Shown here: piece after piece, positions 22,583 through 33,900 of the stretch
Position numbering within the stretch: the stretch's first letter is position 1
Layout: each line of letters opens with the position of its first letter
Assembly (NCBI RefSeq): GCF_032062105.1
Contig: NW_026927571.1
Coordinates: 1 to 64,000 of the forward strand
DNA from: Saccostrea cucullata
Lineage: Eukaryota
Direction: 5' to 3'
Length of the DNA stretch: 64,000 bases
The notes under the pieces: model-generated
What the model was told of the DNA's origin: nothing
The model's input: the letters and a program-made list of their open reading frames with translations, nothing else
The model's database searches: none
Translations under genes and position numbers: made by a program

Positions 22583-24277
22583 ATGGAGAGTGGACTAAGT
22601 TACATTCGTTCAGATAAGGCCTCCACAGCACCTTACACAACAGTACCAAAACTCTTACAAAAATGGGCGTCTCTGAAACCAGACCAAGAAGCTTTCGTGT
22701 TCTACAACCAAGACCTAATACGGAGATCGATTACATATGACAGGCTTTATAAGGATTCTGTTAAACTGGCGAAAGGACTTGTACGTAAAGGCATTGGGAG
22801 CGAGGATATCGTGGGGGTCGGAGGAAACAATACTCCAGAATGGCTGGTGAGCACTTTTGCTGTACAACTAGCAGGTGCCCGTCCAATTCATTTCCCCTTC
22901 TTGGACAAGGCGGGAAAGGGAATTAAAGACTTGTTGAATAGTGTTGGAGGTTGTTCGATGTTGATTTTTGACCCAGGACATGAGGATAGCCACTGGAAAA
23001 TAATCCAGAACCTTGCTACAGTTGATCCAGAAACAGGCTCTGTTAGAAAGTCTGATGTAGCCTCTCTTAAATGGGTAGTACTGGAAAGTCCCTTGGGTAC
23101 GTCGGAAAAAGTTCTGACAATCTCTGATCTTTTTTGCGATGAGGAAATTAAACTACCTACAATAGATCCAGAAGACATTGGAGCTATTTTAACGACATCG
23201 GGTAGTACGGGGCGTCCAAAACCAGTGGAATATAGCCATTATTATATTATGCAAAATGGACAAAGAATGGCCAAAGGTGGGGATGTGGATTACTTACAAG
23301 AAAAAGGGAAACTGTTTCTATATTTTAACGACCGACCATTTTTTTGGGCCGGGGGATATCCATGGAGTGCAATCATATATGGAGGAACACGCATTACTCT
23401 TTCGACTACACTGGCATTTCCGTCAATTTTGGACATGATCAATTTTTCATCTAAGATCATAGAACGAGAAAAACCAAGCACTGGCTTATTTATAGTTCCT
23501 TTTCTGCTAGAAATCATTTCAAGGGAATCATTTCCGTGGAAATTCCATTCAGTCATTATCTCAGGCCAACTTGTTCCAGAAAAATGTTTAGATGGAATTG
23601 GAAAATTTTATTACGTCATTTGTAACCTTTATGGAACCACAGAGAACGGAACAATGGCAACAAAACTAAACCGTTCGTCGTCTTCTTCATTCGATATGAT
23701 TCCGACTGAAGGATTTGAAATTAAAGTCGTAGGTACTGATAACAAGTTGCTACCCCTCGGAGAGAATGGCGAAATACTTGTCCGTTCTTGCCCTCCATTC
23801 AGGGGGTACTTAAAGAATGAAGAGCAAACCAAGAAAGTACTCACTCAGTCTGGATGGTATAAAACAGACGACTTTGGTCACATTACTAAAGACGGTCGAT
23901 TGAAAATACTTGGAAGAGTGTCGGACATGATGTTGATTTCAGGATCTAATGTCTTACCATCTGCCATTGAATCTATCATAAGAAAACACCAAGGGGTACA
24001 GGATGTTGTCGTTTTCCCTATTAAAGATGTAAAGCATGCAGACGATATTCCTTGCGCTGCCATTGTAAGGAAGGATGGAATGAAGTTTAACGAAGAAAGC
24101 CTGCGTGAATTTGTCCTCAAAGACTTAAACATCGAAGACGAGGCTGTTTTTCTCGAAAATTTATTTGTTCCCAAATACATTGTTTTTCATAACACGGATC
24201 TGCCAAAAACGCCAAATGGAAAGACGGACAGAAAAAAAACTCGAGATTTGTCCATTCCTTTGATCAAAGAAATTTGA
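22583..24277 (+). CDS. Adenylate-forming acyl-CoA synthetase (ANL superfamily, ACSF2-like), ~564 aa, no intron in the coding region
   Basis: Motifs TTSGSTGRPK (P-loop), YGTTE, GEILVRS, GYLK, GWYKTDDFG, GRVSDM, LPKTPNGKTDRK. Start chosen at ATG 22583; the reading frame is open from 22445 and there is a possible acceptor at 22544. Confidence 0.9.
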   Translation: MESGLSYIRSDKASTAPYTTVPKLLQKWASLKPDQEAFVFYNQDLIRRSITYDRLYKDSVKLAKGLVRKGIGSEDIVGVGGNNTPEWLVSTFAVQLAGARPIHFPFLDKAGKGIKDLLNSVGGCSMLIFDPGHEDSHWKIIQNLATVDPETGSVRKSDVASLKWVVLESPLGTSEKVLTISDLFCDEEIKLPTIDPEDIGAILTTSGSTGRPKPVEYSHYYIMQNGQRMAKGGDVDYLQEKGKLFLYFNDRPFFWAGGYPWSAIIYGGTRITLSTTLAFPSILDMINFSSKIIEREKPSTGLFIVPFLLEIISRESFPWKFHSVIISGQLVPEKCLDGIGKFYYVICNLYGTTENGTMATKLNRSSSSSFDMIPTEGFEIKVVGTDNKLLPLGENGEILVRSCPPFRGYLKNEEQTKKVLTQSGWYKTDDFGHITKDGRLKILGRVSDMMLISGSNVLPSAIESIIRKHQGVQDVVVFPIKDVKHADDIPCAAIVRKDGMKFNEESLREFVLKDLNIEDEAVFLENLFVPKYIVFHNTDLPKTPNGKTDRKKTRDLSIPLIKEI

Positions 24278-24626
24278 AAATCACTATATGATCACCAAAA
24301 TCACAGCTTCGAATTCCCAAGGGTTTTTTTTTTGTAAGGGATGAGTACTTGTAGCTTTTTCTCCTGAACTACTGCCAATCTTGCTATTTGCAAAAAGCAT
24401 GCAGGGCATAACAAGTTATAGATATACCGGTATGAGTACCTGACAAATGTCCCTGCCCAAGGACCTAAGTATGTCCCTGTTGTTCTTCTGATCAATTAGA
24501 TGTTTATTACATACTAATTATTAGTTCCCCCGGCTTTATTGGGGTGGGCTAAAATTGCCTTTTAAAGAGAACACAATAAATGCAACACTATAATACCGTA
24601 TGTGGATTCGAATTTGATCATATCAG

Positions 24627-24664
<38 letters not shown>

Positions 24665-24990
24665 ATGATCACATTCTGTCCATCCGTTCGTCTAGCTGTC
24701 CATCCGTCTGTAAACTTTCCACATTTTCGACTTCTTCTCAAGAACCATTGGGTCAATTTTAACCAAACTTGGTACAAAGCATCCTTGGGAAAAGGGGAGT
24801 TTAAATTGTTAAAATGAAGGTCCAAGTCCCATCATAGAGAGAAATAATTTTTTTTTAAAAAAAGACAAAATTAGAATGGGGTCTTCAAAAAATCTTCTTC
24901 TCATGAACTACTAAGCCAGAAAAGTTTAAACTTATGTTTAAAGAACAAGAAGGGCTGGGGGATATAGGTGATTGTTGTGGTCCACGGACC
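24627..24990 (+). mobile_element. Non-autonomous Helentron/HINE (CvA/pearl-like) element
   Basis: Starts TTTTAGCTCACCTGAGCCGAAGGCTCAAGTGAGCTT (subterminal IR plus hairpin), then a (GTCC/GTCT)n microsatellite and a core repeat. A degenerate relative lies at ~25505-25700. Confidence 0.7.
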
Positions 24991-26861
24991 TTTTCTTGTA
25001 TTATTTGTGCCCAATAAGCTATGTTCTTAAAGGTAGATTCAAAGAATATATATATTTTCTAGATACAGTAGCCTAGATTGTTTTTTTTTTAAATATTGTA
25101 TCATACATATAGCTTATGTAGAAAATAACTACATGTAATAAGTTTGTAAAGATGACATTACAATTATTAAATTATTATTAAATAATGGCAACTATACATT
25201 GATATGGATTGATATACATAATTTATCTTTATTCTCCCATTTCATGATTGAATGTACATGTTCAATTTATGCCAAGGTAGGCTACAATGATTTGTAACGA
25301 ATATTCATGTCAATGTTTGACGATATGCTCAGTATTTTTACTCAGAGGATTTTAAGTATTCATGTCTTTAAAAATCGTTCAAAGAAACAAGGAGCTTCAA
25401 TAATTTTGTCTAAATTGTAAACATATCAGTTGTGATTTTGTGTGTTGAATAAATCCCTTACTCAAGATTCACTGTTACATATTTTTCTCAGCAGCAAAAG
25501 CTTTTTTATTCGCTTGAGCTGAAAGTCTAGGTGAGCTTTTTTGATTAATCTCATTCAAACTCTGTCTGTCTCTCTGTAAACGTTTTAAGAACACTTTTTA
25601 ACATCTTTCTAGAACCGTTGGGCTAATTTCAAGCAAACAGCATCCTTGGGGGGAGGGAGTTGAAGTTGTTTTTATTGGTGGGCCATGCCCTCTTTCAATG
25701 ATTTGTGAAAATAAATGGCATAATTTGAAAACTTTTCCAAGAATCACAACATAGTAAATATTAGGATACATCTCGTATACAGGTCTATATTCTAGTATAA
25801 TTTTATTCTTACATAATCTTATACTTAATTCTTGTAACCCAGTGTTATCGGAGTCAACGCCGTGTGTAAACAAGAAATTTTAGACTTACTTAGGACAAAT
25901 AATATGTACGTTTGATAGACTACAAAAATATTTAGTTCCATAAATTACAGTCAGAGTTCCACGTCCTCGGAATGTTTTTTTAACGAAAACAACACATTTT
26001 TTCCCATTCAGATATCCTGTCGTTGCGCTGGATTTGATCAGAAATGGACTCGCACCATGAATTCGTCGTTGTTTTACGCATTACCCGGTATACAGCTTTG
26101 GCCCTTTTTACAAAACATCTAACGACCAAGACCTTCTCCCCTCCGTATTTTTTTTTTTATTTAGTGGGGATATTTTAACTAAATATTTATTTACAATGTA
26201 ATCATAATAATTATATAAATAATATAAATATAATGTACCAGAAAAATTAGAGATTTGCAGCTTACAGTACACTGTAGATAATTGTTGTAGCAGGGTGATT
26301 TTAGTCAGTCGTAAGATTTTTTTGTGAAAAGGGCTCCTAGTATATGTCATATTTTCTCACTGCAGTGTTTGTTTTGGTGATAAATCAAATGCGTACTGTT
26401 AATAAACAGAGGGGGTGGGGGTTGGATTCCCCCTGACTGAATTTGTATTTTTAATAGTTATTAAATGTATAGATGTATACTGAAGCAAATAACAAATGCC
26501 AATATGGATATAAAGATTTGATAGCTCATTCTCTTTATTATGTGTATAGAAGATTCTTTTTTGTACAGAATATTTATCACACTGCAGTGATGATTTTATG
26601 ATTTTGTACAAGCCACATGTCATATCTTTTTCATTTCATATGGCATGAATGCTGAATACTATCACTTATTAAAAAAAAGGTATTTTTTTTAAAAAAAAAA
26701 TGGATCGTCTGGGATTGGAACCCGGGACCTCTTGCATGTCAAGGGAGAGATCTTCTACAAGAAATTTTATGCAACCATAACGTCACTTACATGCATATGT
26801 GCACTTTCGATATTATCAAAATTTTACACAATGCATGTAGTATTGTGTGAAAGTGGGGGAC

Positions 26862-27178
26862 AAAAAAAGAGAAGGATAGTAAGTGGGGAGAGAGAAAGGG
26901 GGACAGAGAGGGAGTGGGGTGAGAGGGTGGATGAGTGAGTGGGGAGAGAGTGGGTGTGTGTGTGGAGGGTGAGTGAGAGGAGAGTGTGAGTGGGGGAAGA
27001 GAGTGTGAGTGAGTGAGGTGAGAGAGAGAGAGATAGTGAGCAGGGAGAGAATGAGTGGGGCAGAGAGGGATAGTTTGAATGGGCAGAGAGAGTGATGGGA
27101 GAGGGTGAGTGACAGAGAGAGAAAGTGCGAGTGGGGGGAGAAGGAAGGAGAAAGAGGGAGGTTAAGAGAGAGTGAGCA
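26862..27178. repeat. GA/GT-rich low-complexity tract
   Basis: Imperfect (GAGA/GAGT)n. Confidence 0.85.
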
Positions 27179-27999
27179 ATGGATATTAACCTCAAAGCAT
27201 GTACATGTAGCTCAGTTGGTATAGCACTTGCATAGATATACAGGGGTACTGGTAAAAGGTTCAATACCTGGTCCATAATTTGAAACATCACACTTTCTTG
27301 CATCCTTTCTACTAATTTGCTTGAAAGGCATGAAATTCCTATTTTTATGAAAGGTTGAAATTAGAATTCTGCTAATGATTGATAAATAGGTGTATAAAAA
27401 TATAGCAATTCTACATAATTATATACAATTGAGCTCAAGGCTGTATAAGTTTCTCCAACTTAATTATGGAAAAGGAAGCAAACTTTATATCAGTTGCATA
27501 CTGAATAGAGTAATCAGATATTGAGTTACATGTATGTGTAATAATATCAGATGTCAAGAAATGTACCTTTGCTGTGAAATGAAATTATCTATTCATTTAC
27601 AAATTGTTTTTGATTTAATATGATAAGTAGTCATTCCCAACTACTGTACACATCTAATGTGTTTTCGAACACATTTCAATGAGTCTTTTTAATGTCTTGT
27701 AAATTTTCCTTAGCAAATTATGGGACAATGTCCAATATAACAAATAACAGACACTATCTCTAAATAAACAAAAATTAAAACAATATTTATTGCACATACA
27801 GTCTTTATAAATTATTTTTTAAAAAGGAAAAATTTGAAATTGCTATTCCAACATGACTAGTTCAAAAAAATTAAATTTTAAATACAAAACATCTGTAAAT
27901 AATGTCATAACTATTACAAAAAGTAATAAATCAGTTCCTTAAAAAAACATCCAAAAAACTTGATTCTCAATGAAAGTTCCACAGCACTCATCCATGAAT

Positions 28000-30900
28000 T
28001 CAACAAAATGTTGCTACAACAGGAAGGTGGTCAGAGGCAGCTTCTTGTCTAAAATAAATAAAGAAAGAAATTTTGAACAATAAAATGTTTGCTTTGGTTA
28101 ATGTTAATATGGGAATTAATGTTGCAGCTGTTGCAGAAAAAAAACATACACAGCGCATAAATCAAGTTATGTAATTTTTTCCCCGCAATAGCTGCACATT
28201 AATTCCCATATTACATATGATAGATATTTTAAAATTCATATTTATACCCGTATAAATAATCATATAAAGAAGTATTAAGTATCTTAAACATACTATATTA
28301 TTTAAATGTCTATCACTGTGTGTTTAATTGATGGAACAGCCGCTGCTGAAGAAATATATACAGGTGGTTTGCATGGTGGTGTTTTCTGACTATTTAACAA
28401 CCATGCTTTGTTTAAGAATTAAAGGAGATAATATTTGGTGGATGTAAACATATAACAATTAACAATTTCATAATGCAACATGACATATACATGTATAGTC
28501 AAACTATAGATATATGATTTCAATATTTTAATTATTTTTTTTTAATTGAGACATGCCCTTTTCCTGAGTGTTGACCAATCTCTATATCTCTGACTTGAAA
28601 ATCACTATCAAGATTCCATCCAAAAATGTAATCAATCTACAATATAAAATATATACCCAGATATTTGTTGCCTATAAATAAATTCTTTCCTGTAAGATAG
28701 TGATTTGTTATCACAGCAATGTAAAAGGTCAGATTAGAGTTCATAAATTCTATAAGTTATATAAATGACATGCATACACAGTCATGTGAAGAGAATTTAC
28801 TGTACGTGTACAAAAATTGGTGTATTCAAAATTTAGCGCATTCACTGGGTATGGAATTGTTAACATTGTGGCGGTCAGCCGGGTTCGATCGCTGGTGACC
28901 AGATAGCTCAGTTGGTAGAGCACCTGACCGGAGTTTCAGGGGGCCCGGGTTCGAATCCCGGTCTGGTCCGCTGCATTTTCTCCTCTCCCATTACATTTGG
29001 TGCCGTGCCATGCCCTGGAATTGACAGGTGAAAGACCTGCCAGGGATGAGCCTGGGTTGGGGTCTTTCGAGGGCCAAAGACCTTTAAGGAGGGAGGAATG
29101 TGGTGATCAGCTGGGTTCGATCGCCCGTGGCCGGATAGCTCAGTTGGTAGAGCACCTGAGGGGAGTTTCAGGGGGCCCGTGTTCGAATCCCGGTCTGGTC
29201 CGCTGCATTTTCTCCTCTCCCGTTACAACATAATCATGAATTAGCGCTACAGATGTCTGTGCCATGTATTGTATTTAGGAATGATTTCTTAGTGGTATTC
29301 ATGATTTAGCACGTCATTGTCCGTGCCAAAGCCGCTAAAATATGAAGCCCGCATTTTTAAGTATACATACAGTAATGTTCAACATAAAGTTGAGTGTTGT
29401 ACATAACAGCTTGGGAATTCCCAGGATATTCCGGTATTCCCTCCTCAACCCCCTGTTAAGGACCAGATCAGGCCCCCTGCAACATTTTTTATGCCCCCTA
29501 GCTGCTATATCAATTTAGGAAGAACCCTGATAAAGTACCAGATATATAGAAAACATCAAGAAATCACCATACAAAGTTCAATTAATACTGAGTGTGTATT
29601 TTAAAAAGTGGGCTTCATATTTAAGCCGCTTTGGTGCAGACAATGAGATTTTAATTCATGAATACTGCAAAGTTCTCAAATAAATACAATATACCTGGTA
29701 CATACAGCATGGAAGTGTGTAGCGCCAATTCTTGAATATGCCAAACACTCTATACCCAATGATTGCGCTAAAAATGGAATACCGGCATACCAATTTATGT
29801 ACACTATATTAAGATCTGGATAAACAATACAAACCCTTTTCTTCAGTTTTCCTTCAGCACTGTTAAAGGTGAAGCCGCGTGACCCAAGATAAACATAGGG
29901 CCAAACATCAACCATACAAGATATCTTCTCTCCTTTCAGTGACACTTCACCTTTTAGAAATCTTAAAGAAAGTGTAAAATATTTGTTTGATGTTTATTTG
30001 TGATAAAAAAAATTTCACAGCTTTCATTAAGGTACTTCAGAATCCTGCAAACAGATATCTTGAATACCATGGATATGTGAAAGTGTTCTGGAAGACCCAA
30101 CTGCTCTTTCTTTAAGTATTTTTAAATACCCTGAATATCTCAAATCCTCTGATATCTTGAAGTATTTTCTCATTCCCACTGAGTTCAAGATAGTTCAAGA
30201 TAGTAAGTTTTGGCTATATAAGACTTTCAGATCAAAATCAAGCTATCTTTATCTAATGTATGTACATGTATTTGATTCATTTTTCCCCTACTTATATTCA
30301 CCTCATAGCCCTTTCCTGAGGTTCTGCATTGAAGTCCCCTGTAAGTACGATGGGGCCTCTGAGTCCCCTAATGTACCTCCAGATCTGAACTACTGACTCC
30401 TCCCTGGCCTCATGACTCAGTGATAAGTGTGTGGTCAGAAAGTGAATCTGAAAAGAAATATAGGTCAGAATCAAAGAAATGTAGGTCAAGATGACAAAAA
30501 GGACATTGTCTCAGAGAATTGTATAATTTGATAAAAAAAAACATTTTTATATTACCCTCTTTGACAAACATATAGTAAATGTACTATAAATTAATTATTC
30601 TTCGATAGGTGCATCTTTATAAGTGATTTTAATTTTAGAAAAAACAAAACAAAACAAAATGAAGAAAATTAAATTTTAAATAATTGTTTTGTTATTTTTA
30701 TTCAAATGAAGTATAACTTTATGGAGACAAATATGCACATTTCCTCTGATCTTTTTAATGGTTAATTTGTGATATCTCCAATCAAATGATGCTAACAAAT
30801 AAGCTTACCACACCATGATGAGGATGCTGTATGGTGACATGGAGACAGACTCTTTGGTGGAGATCAGCACTGTTACTACGATTTCTGAAAGGAGTGTTTA

Positions 30901-33900
30901 AATAAAAGAATATCTTTCTATCAGAAAAGATACACAATCCAGTACAGATAACTTTGAAAAATCAAGAAATGGTAGAAAACAATTTTTTGTCTCTTTGTTA
31001 TTTTAAGGTTCTTGATACTCTGATAAGAGAGGTAACTCTTAATAGGACAAACGTATTATCTCTTTGTAAATATGTCAACAAAAAAGTCTTTTTTTTCTAA
31101 TTTAGCCCAGCAATTTATGCTTTAATTGTTTGCATTTTACTTTCAAAATATGTCTCTTTTGAGAAGGTTATTAGCATTAAAGCAATATTTTATGTGAAAG
31201 AACAGAGAGAATATGAATATTTACATCAAAAATAGTTTACCTAAATAAAAGGAATGTATTTTGAGCAATGATTGGAAACCTGGAGAACACAGCCACACCC
31301 TCTTCTGTTTTTCCCTTATAAATGCTGTACCTGTCCAGTTGTGCAGGGGCATAAACAAACTGAAATTAATTTTTACTAAGTAAGTTTATTTTTACACAAA
31401 GATACACAATATCCTTTCTCTATAGTAATCTAAGAAGTTATTGGTAGAAGTCAAAGTAATCTTAAAAGTCTTGAATGTTATTTCAATAAAATTAAACATT
31501 TTAATTATGTCCCCAAAAATATTAGGATGCATAATGGCATTATTTTTGTTTAAATTAATACAAGTATATGATAAATATGATCATATACTGCTTTCAAATT
31601 GGTGTTAATCATTAAAATGGTATATTATTTAATTCAAATACCTGATAATCTTTCAGAATATCTGAGAGGTGTTTGATTTGATTTGGTCCCAAGTTACTTC
31701 CCTTGGAATGTTCATATCGTACCTCTTGGAATGTTATTACATCAGGATGTTGATCAACAAAAATCTGTACAATAAAAATAACAATAAAACATTGTAACGA
31801 AACATGGAGATAACAAAAAGTATTCAACCTCAAACCTCATTCGTCCATGGCCACTTAAAGGCTTTAAATCCGCAGTAGAGAATGGGGATAAATAATGCTA
31901 CCTCAATTCAACCTCTAAAGTCCATTGAAAAGGCTACAAATTAGGGGCAGAGTAAACAAGGAGATCTAAAGCAAAAGAGTGGGATCAGGTGCCACTGAGG
32001 AGTGAGCATCCCCTGTCCACTGATCACTCTCTGTGTGCCTCCCATCATGATAGGGCAAGCTGAAAAATCTTCAGACAATTCAGTGTTATATGTAAATAAT
32101 GCAATTAATATTTTTGATGCAAAATGCTTTTTTGACTGAAATACTTTGAAAACATTACCAAAATAATAGATCATTTCAGTGAATACGTTTTTAACAACTA
32201 TACCTTGGCAAGACGTCTGAACCTTGCTGGATAGTCCTGGTCATTCTTTGTAAAGGTGTTCATGTTCCAGATATTGTAAGTCATGACACTGAGAGGTTCC
32301 ATACACTTTAATTTACATGACCTCCTACAACTGTATGCCACAAAATCTGATGGAATCCATGTTTTTCTACAACATGGATCCACTATACTTCTCTGTTCTA
32401 ATGTTTCAACCTTCGGTTTGGCTGTAGATGATCCAGAATTGGAAACTTTCATAAAGGTATGGGAATACACATGGTGTGTTTCTTTAGGGTAAGTGGCGAT
32501 TGTAAAATTGTGGAGGGTAACATTTTCACCACAAGTCCACCACAGAGAGAAACTGCTGAGTGTTCCAAAGACTAAAGGTTGATAAGTGCCAGAAATATTG
32601 ACTATGTATGGTGTCTCTTCATCATAGGTGTAAAACAAAGTCTACAAAGATAAAGAAAATCTGGTACATGTGTATTAAAATTATATGGATTTTTTTTTTC
32701 AATTTAATTTTATTTAAGTTTTGTGAATATGCTTTCTTGTTTTAAAACAGACATTCTTTTGCTTCTGCTTAGATCTAAACCCATGACTCTAACATGCTAG
32801 TCCACTGCTCTACCACTTAGACTAAATGATTTAAACACTTGCCCAAGATAGTAGCATGTATCTTGTACAATGTACTACCATATTTTCCCCCTCCACAAAC
32901 ATAGGTAATAAAAGATTACGAAGCTCACCTCGAAGAATGTTGTCAGTTTAAGTAATGCAAATCTCACATCATATTTTTTTTCTTTAATAACAGTTTGTAT
33001 TTATTTTGACAACAATATTCAAACAAGTTCTGTTTAAACTGGTCTTAAGTTCTTTGGGGATTGACCTATTCCAAAAACTTTAACCTGGTCCCTTGTCTGG
33101 AAAATCAAGCATCCAAACCAAGTTTAGATTGTCCATCCTTAGATGCATCATCCATGCAAGTTTGGTCCACTTGGGGCTTATAGATACTTGGGAATAACCT
33201 GGTCACTAATCTGGTAAATGTAGGTCAGATCCAGCATCCGAAGCAAGTCTGGTAGTGTCCATCCGTAGATGCATTATCCATGCAATTTTGGTCCACGTAG
33301 GGCTTATATTTAATTGGGAATGAACCTGCTCCAAAAACTTTTTAAACTGGCCACTCATCTGGAAAATAAACATCAGATCCAGCATCCGAAGCAAATCTGG
33401 TAGTGTCCATCCCTAGATACATCATCCTAGCAAGTTTGTTCTGGCTAGGGCATATAGTTACTTGGGAATGGACTTAAACCTGGTCGCTCATCTGGAAAAT
33501 GTAAGTCAGATCCAGCATCCAAAGCAAGTTTGGTAGTGTCCATCCATACATGCATCATCCATGCAAGTTTGGTCTGGGTAAGGCTTATAGTTACTTGGGA
33601 AAGGACCTGCTCCAAAAACTTTAACCTGAACACTCATCTGGAAAATGTAGGTCAGATCCTGCATCTGAAGCAAGTCTGGTAATGTCCATCCCTTGATGCA
33701 TCATCCATAGAAGTTTAGTCCGGGTAGGGCCTATAGTTACTTGGGAATGGACTTGCTCCCAAAACTGCCCCATGGGGATCCGGGTTAGAATAGGTCCTCA
33801 GTACCCCCTTGCTTGTCGTAAAAGGCGACTAAATGGGGCGGTCCTTCCGATAAGACCATATAAACCGAGGCCCCGTGTCACAGCAGGTGTGGCACGAGAA

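Noticed and set aside
26824-27303. 159-aa Ser/Leu/His-rich ORF
   Set aside because: Product of the GA-rich low-complexity tract.
28898-29200. Two tRNA genes
   Set aside because: Anticodon arms are irregular and differ between the copies; both sit inside LTRs bounded by PBS, PPT and TSD.
29676-29834. Open-frame extension of an EEP exon
   Set aside because: Donor at 29835 joins directly to the IDYIF exon, restoring KRIDYIF; the extension is intronic.
33206-33633. Repeated 62-aa ORFs (also those at 39399-40309)
   Set aside because: Translations of satellite units.
33767-33810. Minus-strand CTGAGGA as a hammerhead ribozyme core
   Set aside because: No stem II plus GAAA downstream.
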